DNA of 64,000 nucleotides from an uncultured Pseudanabaenaceae cyanobacterium (GTDB taxonomy: Bacteria; Cyanobacteriota; Cyanobacteriia; PCC-9006; JAAUQQ01): contig CALECT010000017.1 in the NCBI GenBank assembly GCA_937949725.1, positions 13,243-77,242 on the forward strand, written 5' to 3'. Positions 39,364 through 49,438 of this stretch are shown in pieces. Positions within the stretch are counted from its first letter, which is position 1; each line of letters starts with the position of its first letter. The position numbers and the translations under genes were made by a program. A model generated the notes under the pieces. The model ran no database searches, had not been told where the DNA came from, and worked only from the letters and a program-made list of their open reading frames with translations.

Positions 39364-39735
39364 GTGATTACTCTGACTCTCTTGCATCCGCTTCAGTCAA
39401 CGCCAGTCCAATCCTGGACGTTTGAGCAGGATTCGGTAGTGCGCATTGGCCGTGCTGCGGATAACCAAGTGGTTTTGTACAGCGCTGTTGTGTCTCGCCA
39501 CCATGTGGAGGTCCAGGCAGCAGATTCTGGCTGGCGCGTGGTTAATTTGGGAACCAATGGCACCTATGTCAGCGGCAAACGGGTGGAAGAGTACAACGTT
39601 GAAGATGGCATGGTGATTCGCCTGGCCCGCTCTGGCCCCATGATTCAAATCCGTATGGGTCCTGCTCCCACGGGGGCTCAGGGTGAAGAGGCTTTCCGCG
39701 TTGCCCAGGAGCAAGCTGAGCAGATGGGAGGGTAG
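39364..39735 (+). CDS. small FHA-domain protein (start set to the GTG giving VITLTLLHPLQS…; the ORF track extends to 39307)
   Basis: FHA motifs …WTFEQDSVVRIGRAADNQVVLYSAVVSRHHVEVQ…GTNGTYVSGKRV…DGMVIRL…. The conserved N-terminus MITLTLLHP… of this cyanobacterial family matches the GTG at 39364. Confidence 0.75.
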   Translation: MITLTLLHPLQSTPVQSWTFEQDSVVRIGRAADNQVVLYSAVVSRHHVEVQAADSGWRVVNLGTNGTYVSGKRVEEYNVEDGMVIRLARSGPMIQIRMGPAPTGAQGEEAFRVAQEQAEQMGG

Positions 39736-40449
39736 CCCTGCCTCTAAGAATGGTTTGGCGATGGCTCAATCTATTCGCAACTGAAGGATTTGTTATGGCG
39801 GGATGCTCTTTGAAAGGGGATCCCGCCATTTGTTTGTGGAGCGCATTGGCATAATGTTCGGGCTCCCTCCTTGCCTAATTCGGTTCCGAGCAATGTCCAA
39901 GGGGCCATACCCCTAGAAAGTTTTTGCGGTGTTGTTTGTTTTGGGGATCGTAGGACTGCTGCTGGCAGTGGGTGGTGGTCGGCTGAGAGAGATGTTACTG
40001 GACTAAGTCCCATAGATGGCAATCGCTGAAGTGACTGCTGCAAAAGACATTGCGCGGATGGCGGAGCTACTAACGGGATCGAACTCTCAGGGGGGGATGA
40101 ACTTTTGTACCGTTTTGGCTCTATCGCCCGTGTCAAATTTCGATCAAGCGTCTATCCTTTAGTCCAGCTTTTTCCGAGCCCCCGGCAGAAGCTGAGTGCA
40201 GGCCCTCGGCTCACTCTCGTAAATGCTAATCCCGGCCCAAAGGTGCTGATATTTGTCGCCATGGTTAAACCACAATCTTCTTGCTTCCGGTCTTTTGCTG
40301 CTCAGCCCAAATCTTCCTGTGGGGAAGTAGATGTAACTGGGCTGGCTAGCGTGATCTCCTCTGGGAATCACGCTAGGTCTTTTTCCAAAGCAAGGCGCTT
40401 GGGTTCAGCCTTGGGGCGTAAGGCTAGTCCGTTAGCGGCGGCATGGGTG

Positions 40450-41595
40450 ATGGCGATCGCCACGGCAGCAGCAATCTCGACAGCGACCCCTGCAATGTCA
40501 GCTGGCATTGGTGACTGGAGCTATAGCCCTGAAACGGGGGCGATCGGGTTTGCCCTGGATAGTGCTGCAAAGCCGAAGTACTTCCTCATGGCAAACCCCA
40601 TGCGGATTGTGGTGGATCTGCCCGGAGCAGCTGTGAATCCTAAAGCTTTGGAGGCTCAATCCGGTGGCGTCTTCACCAATATCCGAGCTTCCCAGACGAC
40701 CGCAGGCAAGACCCGTTTGGTGTTGCAACTTGCACCTGGAACCGTTCTTCAGCCTGGCCAGGTTGAATTGACTGCCCTGGGCGAAGGCCGTTGGTCTCTC
40801 CAGCCCCTGCTAGCCGATGGTTTTGAGCCTCCTGAATTTATGCCTGGAGGGGCTACTGAGGTAGCGGTATTGCCAAATATCGATGGGCCGATCGAAGAGC
40901 CTGAGTTTTCTCTCCCTTCTCTGGAAGCGATGGAAGCGGCTGCGGCTGAGCCCGAAGAAGGTTTTGTCTCCATGGAAGAGACCTTGGCGCTTCAGCGCTC
41001 CCAAGGTATGGCTCCCGCTCCCGTTGCCGTCCCCCAAGGGGTTGTGCCTGTGGCGGATAGTTCTGTGGAGTGGGGCAGCAGTCAGTTGCCGCCTGTTCCG
41101 ACGAATATCGCCCCCCAAAGCTTGGCGAGCGCTCCAGCTCTCCAGGCGGTTCCCCAACCAGTTTTCCAGGCCACGCCAGAGGCTGCTTTCTTGCCCCAGC
41201 TACCCCAACCTCGCCTAGGCCAAGCGCCCCTCGCGTTCAATCCCCCGGCAAACGCTTCCCTCGTGGATCCAGCTCAGATTGTCGATACGCGTCAACTGCG
41301 TGAACCGACTGTTTCTGTGAGTTCTCGTCCTCCTGCAGCGGTTGAGCCTGTGATTGATCCCAAGCTTTTATCCTTAGATGAGCAGCAGCAGTCTGCTGCT
41401 GCCTTGGGTGGCCAAACTGGACTGGTAATCAATCGCAACTTTGCTCCAGCAGCCCGACGCTCTGTAGCTCCTCAATCTCAGGTAGCTGTTCCGGTGGTGG
41501 CACCAAAGCCGGTTGCGCCCGAGCCTACGGTGACGGATGAATCAGTACCGTTCTTGGTTGAATTTGGTGCGCCTTTACCTGGGGTGGGCCAGTAG
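40450..41595 (+). CDS. secreted AMIN-domain protein with a long Pro/Ala/Val-rich C-terminal region (start set to the Met preceding the signal peptide; the ORF track starts at 40105)
   Basis: Signal peptide MAIATAAAISTATPAMSA. AMIN-like domain …GAIGFALDSAAKPKYFLMANPMRIVVDLPGAAV…VFTNIRASQTTAGKTRLVLQLAPGT… (the targeting domain found in AmiC/PilQ). The C-terminal ~280 aa are low-complexity and Pro-rich. Confidence 0.65.
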   Translation: MAIATAAAISTATPAMSAGIGDWSYSPETGAIGFALDSAAKPKYFLMANPMRIVVDLPGAAVNPKALEAQSGGVFTNIRASQTTAGKTRLVLQLAPGTVLQPGQVELTALGEGRWSLQPLLADGFEPPEFMPGGATEVAVLPNIDGPIEEPEFSLPSLEAMEAAAAEPEEGFVSMEETLALQRSQGMAPAPVAVPQGVVPVADSSVEWGSSQLPPVPTNIAPQSLASAPALQAVPQPVFQATPEAAFLPQLPQPRLGQAPLAFNPPANASLVDPAQIVDTRQLREPTVSVSSRPPAAVEPVIDPKLLSLDEQQQSAAALGGQTGLVINRNFAPAARRSVAPQSQVAVPVVAPKPVAPEPTVTDESVPFLVEFGAPLPGVGQ

Positions 41596-41849
41596 TTCTG
41601 TGAGCAAGGCTTGATGTGAGCCTAGCGGAAAGTCAAAAGTCCCAATGCAGCCTCAGATAAGCAGCATTGGGACTTTTGTTTATAGAGTTGTCTTCTCGTA
41701 CCAAATCCTAATTGCTGACACGCGAATCTCTCCTCTGCGGGCGAAGGGCTGTTTTCCCCTACGGTTCAACGAATTGGAACCTGCTGAATCGTAGGGGGAT
41801 CATCCATCACGTATCGCTCGGAGCAAGCTTAGGCCATGCTGAGGGGCTG

Positions 41850-43133
41850 TTAAGTCGATCGCGCTTGGTCAATTTGCTGGCGCAGTGCATCGGCACTTTG
41901 CAAGAAGCTGTCCTGCTGCCGTTCTTCTTGTTGGCCCGACTTCAGCCACTTGAGCTGGAGGCTGTGGTTCTCAGCTTCGCTGTCGCCCAGGATGATGCAG
42001 GCCACAGCACCGCTGCGATCTGCCCGCTTGAACTGTTTGCCAAAGGCACTACCGCTGAGGTCTAGCTCGGCACCGAAGCCCTGGCGACGCAGGCTTTGGG
42101 CAATCTTCAGGGCCTGAGCTTGGGCCGCATCTCCGCGTGACACAACGTAAAAATCCATCTCCGCGACGGGAGCCTCTCGCAGCTCCTTGAGCAGAATCAT
42201 CAGCCGCTCCATGCCCATGGCCCAGCCCACGGCGGGCGTCGCGGGTCCACCGAGCTGCTCAATTAAGCCATCGTAACGACCACCACCGCAGACTGTTGCC
42301 TGGGCTCCCAGATCTGAGGATTGAATTTCGAAGGCAGTGTGGGTGTAGTAGTCCAGGCCACGCACGAGGCGAGGGTTGAGCTGGTAGCTAATGTCTAGGT
42401 CCGTAAGGGCCTGCCTGACTTGATCGAAGAATGCTTTGGATTCCGGGCTGAGATGATCCTGGAGGTTGGGAGCATCGACTACGATTTCCTGGGTACGTTC
42501 GTTTTTGCTGTCGAGGATTCGCAGGGGATTGCGGGTGAGGCGATCCTGGGAGTCGGCATCTAGCTCATCTTTGTAGGGGGTGAGGTAGGCGACTAGGGCT
42601 TCACGGTAGGCAGCACGATCTGCTTTATCTCCCACGGAATTAAGATCCATGGTCAGATTCGTGAGGCCAATGCTTTTGAGCAGGTCCTGGGCGATCGCAA
42701 TGACTTCTGCATCAGCTCTAGGGTCTTTACTACCCAGAACCTCTGCGCCCAGCTGATGGAATTGACGTTGGCGTCCACCTTGGGGTCGCTCGTAACGAAA
42801 CATTGGCCCGGTATACCAGAGACGCTGGACACCGCCCTGGCCTGCCAGCTTATTTTCGATGTAGGCGCGCACTACACCTGCGGTGTTTTCGGGACGGAGG
42901 GTGATGCTGCGATCGCCTCGGTCCGTAAAGCTATACATCTCTTTGCCCACCACATCGGTGGCTTCGCCGATCCCGCGAGCAAAGAGACCTGTTTCTTCAA
43001 AAATGGGGGTGCGAATTTCCCGATAGGCAGACCGAGCAAATTGCTGTCTCGCTTCTCCTTCGACCCACTGCCAGTAAGCAGCCTCATCAGGGAGGATGTC
43101 TCGCGTTCCTCGCAGTGCTCGAATAGAACCCAT
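41850..43133 (-). CDS. hisS: histidine--tRNA ligase (start set to MGSIRALRGTRDILP…; the ORF track extends to 43184)
   Basis: Class II aaRS motifs: …RGTRDILPDE…, …FERYEIRTPIFEE-like REIRTPIFEETGLF…, a HisA/HisB-type …GGGRYDGLIEQLGG… and a C-terminal anticodon-binding domain. Confidence 0.9.
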   Translation of the reverse strand: MGSIRALRGTRDILPDEAAYWQWVEGEARQQFARSAYREIRTPIFEETGLFARGIGEATDVVGKEMYSFTDRGDRSITLRPENTAGVVRAYIENKLAGQGGVQRLWYTGPMFRYERPQGGRQRQFHQLGAEVLGSKDPRADAEVIAIAQDLLKSIGLTNLTMDLNSVGDKADRAAYREALVAYLTPYKDELDADSQDRLTRNPLRILDSKNERTQEIVVDAPNLQDHLSPESKAFFDQVRQALTDLDISYQLNPRLVRGLDYYTHTAFEIQSSDLGAQATVCGGGRYDGLIEQLGGPATPAVGWAMGMERLMILLKELREAPVAEMDFYVVSRGDAAQAQALKIAQSLRRQGFGAELDLSGSAFGKQFKRADRSGAVACIILGDSEAENHSLQLKWLKSGQQEERQQDSFLQSADALRQQIDQARST

Positions 43134-43300
43134 AGTGCTGTTTTCGGTATCCCGTAATCCTAAGTGGCAGTTTGCTTTTGCCATGCAGTCGTCTCAATGA
43201 AAGCCTTTACATCGGTTCTCAAGACATTGCAAAAATTGCCAAAGCTTTTCTAGGCTACCGCTAGATCGACGCTTGTGATGAGCTCAGAGATTAGAAGGGG

Positions 43301-43603
43301 TTAACTGCCAGTGCTGGTTGCCGGAGGTTCAATGCTGGGCATGGGCAAAGTGCAACAGTTCACCTGGTCGAGACAGACCTTGCCCCATTCCAACGCCCAG
43401 CGAACAAGGGCGACACGATTCCCTGTTTCTGTCTTCTGCAAAATATTGCTGATGTGGTTGTCCACAGTCCGCTTGCTGATCTCCAACTGGCTGGCGATTT
43501 CCTGATTGGTTAGTCCTGAAGCCACAAGTTCAACAATCTGAAGCTCGCGGTCAGATAGCGCTGTCGGTGTCTTAATTTCACGCTCAGCCATAGGTTGGTT
43601 CAC
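43301..43603 (-). CDS. LuxR/GerE-family helix-turn-helix transcriptional regulator (stand-alone DNA-binding domain)
   Basis: ~90-100 aa. …LSDRELQIVELVASGLTNQEIASQLEISKRTVDNHISNILQKT… is the GerE-type HTH signature. The true start may be the internal Met (MAEREIK…). Confidence 0.8.
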   Translation of the reverse strand: MNQPMAEREIKTPTALSDRELQIVELVASGLTNQEIASQLEISKRTVDNHISNILQKTETGNRVALVRWALEWGKVCLDQVNCCTLPMPSIEPPATSTGS

Positions 43604-44149
43604 CCCAGTATTTGTACTTACTGTGCTCCCATTGTAGAAAGGAATGTCAAGAAAGTCGCAAAAACGTTAGCTCTAGCGACAAAAAAGCAGACTTTTTAAG
43701 AAAATTCCTCCTCTTGTTCTGGAAATATGAAGCTTTTCTGACGCGGGATCAATGACTAGCTTGTTTGGACAACTTTACGCCTGGTGACGCCCTTCTTGCG
43801 TTGCAATTGGGTCGTCGTTAACTTGATCCCCTGACGGATTGCGTCTAGACTCCATTGCAATTTTTTGTGGTTCACAGGTGTTTGGGGAAATTTCTGCTTG
43901 AATGGTGCTGGCTTGGAGTTTTACATTCCGCTGTAACCCCATCTTTTGACGCCTCAAGCTACAAGTTATTTTGGCTCAGTTGTCTCTTACATCAGAGGCT
44001 TTCTAGTCGATGAATTTTGATCGGTTGCCTCAATCTGTGGGTAACCGGATGAATCAATAGGGTGATTCTGTTGGAAGCTAGCCTCTCTGCTCCTCGGAGG
44101 GGATGGTTCCATTCAACTTCTCCAACTTCTCTTCATTTAATAGAGCTAT

Positions 44150-45109
44150 ATGGCAAGTCCCCGCGTGATCTGTGTCGGTGAAGCATTGTTGGATCGAGTC
44201 ATGATGACTAGCAACACTGGTGCATCGGCTTACCCCGGTGGTGCTCCGGCAAATGTGGCTTGTGGATTGTCTAGGTTAGGGACATCCTCGGCTTTGGTGA
44301 GCTGCCTAGGGCAGGATGAACCGGGGCAACAACTCTTGGCACAGCTAGATCAATCGGGTGTTGATGTAAGCGCAGTTTCTCGCAATGGCTCTGCTCCGAC
44401 ACGCATTGTGGAATTGGAGTTAGACGCTGGAGAACGAAAGTTCCTGGGCTTTGGTGGGACAAAAGCGGATGGCTTTGCCGACGCTAAGCTTCAGGCGAGT
44501 GATTTGCCAGAAGCTCTTTTTCTGGGAGCAGATTACTTGGTGCTCGGCAGCAATGCCTTGGCCTATCCAGATTCTGCGGCGGCATTGCAACGGGCAATTG
44601 AGCTGGCCAATGATTATTTTCTTAGAATTGTTCTGGATGTGAATTGGCGGCCGATGTTTTGGCCGGATCCTGAGGCGGCGAAGTCCCAGGTAGAGGCTTT
44701 GGCTCAACAAGTGGATTTTCTCAAGCTGTCCAAGAGTGATGCTCAGTGGCTCTATGGCAAAACGGATGCCAGTCGGATTTTGGGCCAGGTGGATCAGTTA
44801 GAAGCGATCTTTGTCACCTCTGGCGCTGAGGGAGCGAGCTATGCCTTCGCCGCTGGCCCCCAGGGACATATCCCAGCTTTTTGCATGGCGGTGCAAGATA
44901 CAACGGGCGCCGGAGATGCATTTGTCGCGGGGCTGATTCACCAACTGGCGGCCCACAGCTTGCAGGAGCTGGGGAATGAGAGCTTTGTTGCTGATGCGGT
45001 TCGCTATGCCAATGCAGCGGGTAGCTTGGCAACGACGGGGCTGGGGGCGATCGCTCCCCAGGCTAGCGATGCAGAAATTCAGGCCTTCTTGGTGGGCCGA
45101 ACTGAATAG
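44150..45109 (+). CDS. PfkB-family carbohydrate kinase (fructokinase/ribokinase-like)
   Basis: 319 aa. N-terminal …VICVGEALLDRV…GGAPANVA…. C-terminal PfkB signature …DTTGAGDAFVAGLI…. Confidence 0.85.
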   Translation: MASPRVICVGEALLDRVMMTSNTGASAYPGGAPANVACGLSRLGTSSALVSCLGQDEPGQQLLAQLDQSGVDVSAVSRNGSAPTRIVELELDAGERKFLGFGGTKADGFADAKLQASDLPEALFLGADYLVLGSNALAYPDSAAALQRAIELANDYFLRIVLDVNWRPMFWPDPEAAKSQVEALAQQVDFLKLSKSDAQWLYGKTDASRILGQVDQLEAIFVTSGAEGASYAFAAGPQGHIPAFCMAVQDTTGAGDAFVAGLIHQLAAHSLQELGNESFVADAVRYANAAGSLATTGLGAIAPQASDAEIQAFLVGRTE

Positions 45110-45129
45110 TCAGGGACGTTGGTTAAACG

Positions 45130-45597
45130 ATGGGTAAAGAAATCGAACGGAAGTTCCTCCTCGCCAATGACGGGTGGCGTGGCCTGGTGGAAGGTGTCTC
45201 CTATTGCCAGGGCTATATTGCCACTCGCAACCACCGCACTGTGAGGGTTCGTATTGCAGGGCCTAAGGGATTTTTAACCCTTAAGGGACCCGTCCAGGGC
45301 CTGAGCCGGCCGGAGTTTGAATATGAGATTCCGGTGGATGAGGCACGGGATATTTTGGAGACTTTGTGCGATCGCCCCTTCGTTGCCAAGACTCGCTACA
45401 AGATTCCGGTGGGGGAGTTCATCTGGGAAGTCGATGAGTTCGAGGAAGAGAATGCGGGGTTGATTCTGGCGGAGGTGGAGCTGAGTTCTGAGGAGCAGGC
45501 GTTTGAGCTGCCGGATTGGATTGGTCGGGAGGTGACGGGCGATCGCCGCTATTACAACTCTTACTTGGTGCAAAATCCTTTCCAGAGCTGGAGCTGA
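45130..45597 (+). CDS. CYTH-domain protein (CyaB/thiamine-triphosphatase-like triphosphate tunnel metalloenzyme)
   Basis: 155 aa. N-terminal EIERKFLL (the ExExK motif), …RVRI…FLTLKGP…, …EFEYEIP…, …WEVDEF…LILAEVEL…. Confidence 0.75.
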   Translation: MGKEIERKFLLANDGWRGLVEGVSYCQGYIATRNHRTVRVRIAGPKGFLTLKGPVQGLSRPEFEYEIPVDEARDILETLCDRPFVAKTRYKIPVGEFIWEVDEFEEENAGLILAEVELSSEEQAFELPDWIGREVTGDRRYYNSYLVQNPFQSWS

Positions 45598-45643
45598 AAC
45601 CTTGGGAAATCCATTTTTTAAGAGATCAGATTTCTGCTGGAGC

Positions 45644-46138
45644 CTAAGCTAGGACCGATGTCTTTTGGCTATCCATATCTAGAGCCTCTGCGATCGCCAG
45701 CATCAAATCTGTAAACCGCCCATGCCAGATACCAGGCTCCTGCCCGCCCGCTCGCCATTCCAGCACTGGCGAAGATTCCTTGGGGCTATCGCTGCCCTTG
45801 AGGCAAACAACAATGCCGCCTTCTTCATGGAGCTTGAGCACGGGAAAAAGGTGGGGGTCAAAATTCTGACCGCTCTCACACATGCTCTGATAGAGGGCTA
45901 ACGCCTCATCCAGGGAGTAAATACCAGCCAAATAGGAGATTTCTAGGGAGCCCCCATTGCGCCACTCATAAAGCTCGTAGAATTCTTGGGGCAGGGCAAA
46001 GGGAAAGTTGCGAATTTTGCGTTCGATATCCGCACGACTTAATCCCGGATCCAGGCCCTGAAGGTGGAGGGCAAGCCGGGAGCTACCATTTTTGACGCCG
46101 TCTGATATTCGCTCTAGGGTGCTCGAAAGTTCTGACAT
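45644..46138 (-). CDS. SMI1/KNR4 (SUKH-1 superfamily) protein
   Basis: 164 aa. …ADIERKIRNFPFALPQEFYELYEWRNGG…IYSLDEALALYQSM… matches the SMI1/KNR4 pattern (including the W-x-NG motif). Confidence 0.6.
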   Translation of the reverse strand: MSELSSTLERISDGVKNGSSRLALHLQGLDPGLSRADIERKIRNFPFALPQEFYELYEWRNGGSLEISYLAGIYSLDEALALYQSMCESGQNFDPHLFPVLKLHEEGGIVVCLKGSDSPKESSPVLEWRAGGQEPGIWHGRFTDLMLAIAEALDMDSQKTSVLA

Positions 46139-46412
46139 GAATGGAACTCCACCGGAGGAAATGCCCGTTTAATCGCTGGAAAGCTATAACGAGACGATAT
46201 CTTTGTACGGTCCTGACTGTTAGTCAACTTTACGGGTTGCAGGCCTGCATTGTTGTGATCTAATCGACTCTTATTAGAAATATCCGCATAAAGACGGTCG
46301 TTAAAGAAGAAAGGGTAAAGCGTTGGGAAAGAAAATAGAGCACGCCCTAGGCCCTATCCAGACAGTTTTGTGGATAGGGCCTAGGGCGCTGAAACGTTGC
46401 TGGAAGGGCTAG

Positions 46413-47021
46413 CTATGCTGCCGCCCCCCAGCCCACGTAGGGCAATTTCTCAACGGTTTTAGCAATGGAATCTGCCTGGGCGACGAGTTGGCCACAGGCA
46501 TCCCAGGTGCCGCCGGTCAGCATCTGCTGGGGACCATCGTCCAGGGTTAGCGCGGCAGAGAAGTCATCGCAAGTCACCTGGCGGTTGGTTACATCCACTT
46601 CGATCTCGACAATGGGGTCAGCCTGAACCTTGGCCTGGAGGGTCGCGAGGGTTTTGCTGTCGGCCACGAGGCAGGGAATGCCCATGGCTAGGCAGTTGCC
46701 AAAGAAGATCTCGGCAAAGCTTTCGCCAATGATGGCTTGGATGCCCCAGCGGGCGATCGCCTGGGGGGCATGTTCCCGGCTGGAACCGCAGCCAAAGTTG
46801 CGATTCACGAGTAGAACCTTGGCTTCTTGGTACTGGGGTTGATCAAAGGCATGTTTACCTTCTAATTGACTGCGATCGTCTGCAAAGACATGCTCGCCTA
46901 GGCCATCAAAGGTGACGCATTTAAGAAAGCGAGCGGGGATAATGCGATCCGTATCTATATCGTTACCGATGAGGGGAAGGGCGTTGCCCTGAATGGAGGT
47001 GATTTTGGAATTGCTACTCAT
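46413..47021 (-). CDS. leuD: 3-isopropylmalate dehydratase small subunit
   Basis: 202 aa. …IGNDIDTDRIIPARFLK…, …VNRNFGCGSSREHAPQAI…, …IIGESFAEIFFGN…. Confidence 0.9.
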   Translation of the reverse strand: MSSNSKITSIQGNALPLIGNDIDTDRIIPARFLKCVTFDGLGEHVFADDRSQLEGKHAFDQPQYQEAKVLLVNRNFGCGSSREHAPQAIARWGIQAIIGESFAEIFFGNCLAMGIPCLVADSKTLATLQAKVQADPIVEIEVDVTNRQVTCDDFSAALTLDDGPQQMLTGGTWDACGQLVAQADSIAKTVEKLPYVGWGAAA

Positions 47022-47166
47022 GGTTGGGGGATGTTGTGAGTGGAAAAAGAAAATTGGGTGACAGATTTCACTGCGAGCAAAAAGAATGAAAAGCCTTTGA
47101 AGTAAGCGATTCCATCGGCTACCTGGGAATCCTAGGACTATCTAATTTGCCTAAGAGACTGCTGCC

Positions 47167-47517
47167 ATGGCTTCGGATCAAAATAACTGGTTAGAGATTA
47201 TTGTTGGCCTGATTGCCGGGCATTTCGTTAGCCGCATTGTGTGGGGGCTGCTGATTTGGATTGTCAGCTTGAGCAATCACACTTCGCCAGCTGGTTTCTT
47301 ATTCCTCTATGGCGTGTCAGTGGTTTGTGCCTTTCTGGCTTGGGGCTTGGGCTATGTGGGCGTGTATGCCTTTGCGCCTAAATGCGCCAAGATTTCGGCG
47401 GCATTGTCGGGCATGGTGGGCATTTACGTTGCGCTGGCTCTGTTCTTCCATGGCTTCTTTGGCTGGGGACGCTGGTTTTACCAGAGTGCTAGCCCTTGGC
47501 CTGGTTTTCTGCTGTAA
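47167..47517 (+). CDS. small hypothetical integral membrane protein (3-4 TM helices) encoded on the opposite strand between leuC and leuD
   Basis: 116 aa, very hydrophobic (…IIVGLIAGHFVSRIVWGLLIWIVSL…, …FLFLYGVSVVCAFLAWGLGYVGVYAF…, …GMVGIYVALALFFHGFFGW…). An imperfect hairpin plus T-tract (~47561-47634) follows its stop. Confidence 0.45.
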   Translation: MASDQNNWLEIIVGLIAGHFVSRIVWGLLIWIVSLSNHTSPAGFLFLYGVSVVCAFLAWGLGYVGVYAFAPKCAKISAALSGMVGIYVALALFFHGFFGWGRWFYQSASPWPGFLL

Positions 47518-47669
47518 GGCTGTTGAATCAGCATCACAATAGAGTTTCGCCAACGTAGGGGCGAAGCATTGGGTTGAGAGATAACGGGAATGACCGTTGG
47601 GCTCAAGCCGAATGCTTCGCTCTTTTTGCTGTTTAGCCGCCCGACCCAGGTTGCTCAGCGGGACAGCAC

Positions 47670-49073
47670 TTAAAGCAGCTCCCGCACGTCGGAAACCTTA
47701 CCTGCGATCGCAGCAGCAGCCACCATGGCCGGGCTCATCAACAGCGTCCGCCCAGAAGCAGACCCCTGGCGACCCTTGAAGTTGCGATTGGAAGACGAGG
47801 CGCTGATTTGGCGACCCTGGAGCTTGTCGGGGTTCATGGCCAGGCACATGGAACAGCCCGCCTCGCGCCATTCAAAGCCCGCCGCCTCAAAGATTTTGTC
47901 CAACCCTTCCGCCTCGGCCTCCTTCTTTACCCGCTCGGAGCCGGGCACCACGAAGGCTTTGATGCCGTTAGCCACCTGGCGACCCTGGGCGACTTTTGCC
48001 GCTTCTTGTAAATCGCTCAGGCGACCGTTGGTGCAGCTGCCAATGAAGCAGACATCCACGGGGGTGCCTTGGATGGCGGTGCCAGGGGCTAGATCCATAT
48101 AGGCATAGGCTTCTTGGATCAGGGGTTGATCGGCTTCAGCAAAGCTATCGGCGGTGGGAACGGCTTCGCTGACGCCAATGCCCTGGTCCGGGGTAATGCC
48201 CCAGGTGATAGTGGGCTCGATGTCGGCGGCGTCAAACTTCACCACGTCGTCATAGTCAGCATCGGCATCGCTCCGCAGGCTGGTCCACCAGTCCACGGCT
48301 TTATTCCAGTCATCGCCCTTGGGGGCAAAGTCGCGACCTTCTAAATAATTAAAGGTGACCTGGTCAGGATTGACATAGCCGCAGCGTGCGCCGCCTTCGA
48401 TCGCCATGTTGCACACGGTCATGCGCTCTTCCATGGACATGGCTTCGAAGGTGCTGCCTGCGTATTCATAGGCATAGCCGACGCCGCCCTTCACGCCCAG
48501 CTTACGAATCAAATGCAGCACCACGTCCTTGGCATAGACGCCGGGCTTGAGCTTGCCGTTGACTTCCACGCGGCGGACCTTGAGCTTTCCTAGGGCTAGG
48601 GTTTGGGAGGCCAATACGTCCCGCACTTGGCTGGTGCCGATGCCAAAGGAAATGGCACCAAATGCGCCGTGGGTGGAGGTGTGGCTGTCACCGCAGGCGA
48701 TGGTCATGCCGGGCTGGGTCAGGCCTTGCTCCGGGGCAATCACATGGACAATGCCCTGGCTGCCGCTGCCGATGTTGTAGAAGCGGATGTCGTTGTCTTT
48801 GCAGTTCTTTTCCAGGTTTTGGATCATCTCTTCCGCCAGGGTATCGGCGAAGGGACGAGCCTGGTTTTCCGTGGGGACAATGTGGTCCACGGTGGCGACG
48901 GTGCGCTGGGGATACATGACCGATAGGCCCCGCTCTCGCAGCATGGCAAAGGCTTGGGGGCTGGTGACTTCGTGGATTAGGTGTAGGCCAATGAAGAGTT
49001 GGGTTTGGCCGGAAGGTAGCGTTCCGACGGTGTGGAGATCCCACACTTTGTCGAAGAGGGTGCCTTTGCTCAT
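47670..49073 (-). CDS. leuC: 3-isopropylmalate dehydratase large subunit
   Basis: 467 aa. [14 protein letters not shown]…, aconitase-family Cys ligands (…[12 protein letters not shown]…, …IGSCTNGR…, …CSMCLAMN…). Confidence 0.92.
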   Translation of the reverse strand: MSKGTLFDKVWDLHTVGTLPSGQTQLFIGLHLIHEVTSPQAFAMLRERGLSVMYPQRTVATVDHIVPTENQARPFADTLAEEMIQNLEKNCKDNDIRFYNIGSGSQGIVHVIAPEQGLTQPGMTIACGDSHTSTHGAFGAISFGIGTSQVRDVLASQTLALGKLKVRRVEVNGKLKPGVYAKDVVLHLIRKLGVKGGVGYAYEYAGSTFEAMSMEERMTVCNMAIEGGARCGYVNPDQVTFNYLEGRDFAPKGDDWNKAVDWWTSLRSDADADYDDVVKFDAADIEPTITWGITPDQGIGVSEAVPTADSFAEADQPLIQEAYAYMDLAPGTAIQGTPVDVCFIGSCTNGRLSDLQEAAKVAQGRQVANGIKAFVVPGSERVKKEAEAEGLDKIFEAAGFEWREAGCSMCLAMNPDKLQGRQISASSSNRNFKGRQGSASGRTLLMSPAMVAAAAIAGKVSDVRELL

Positions 49074-49438
49074 GGTTGCTCCTGGGCGATCGCGCTAGCC
49101 GCTGGGGTTGAGGTCAGCGGGTGAGTTGAGGTCAACGGATGACTGTATTGATCATGGTTGAGCCTGCGAAAGATGTCCAATATATGATTCTGCTTAGATT
49201 AATACTTTAAAAGTATTTATGAGTTGGCTAGAGAAGTCATGGTGGGTGAGTTAGCAGAAGTCTAGAGAATTGGAGAAAGAGAGGCTGTGTTGCTCTGATA
49301 GCCAGAAAATTGACGAAAACCTTAAAATTTTAATGTCGAATATACGCATGGTTTCAAACAGCGCTTGGTGAACCATAGATATTGAGTGTCAGGGCCGATT
49401 GCAATCTACCGCTTCTTGCAATCGAGGACTTTCGTCCT

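Noticed and set aside
40060-40100. GGGATCGAACTCTCAGGGGGGG, superficially tRNA T-arm-like (GGTTCGAA-like), examined as a possible tRNA or tRNA-derived attachment site
   Set aside because: There are no complementary 5-bp flanks for a T-stem, and no acceptor, D or anticodon arms can be drawn around it on either strand. No tRNA was found in the window.
48547-49098. Several plus-strand ORFs (77-118 aa) within leuC
   Set aside because: All are antisense to the aconitase-family leuC CDS. Their Arg/Cys/Gly-rich translations are typical of GC-rich antisense frames.
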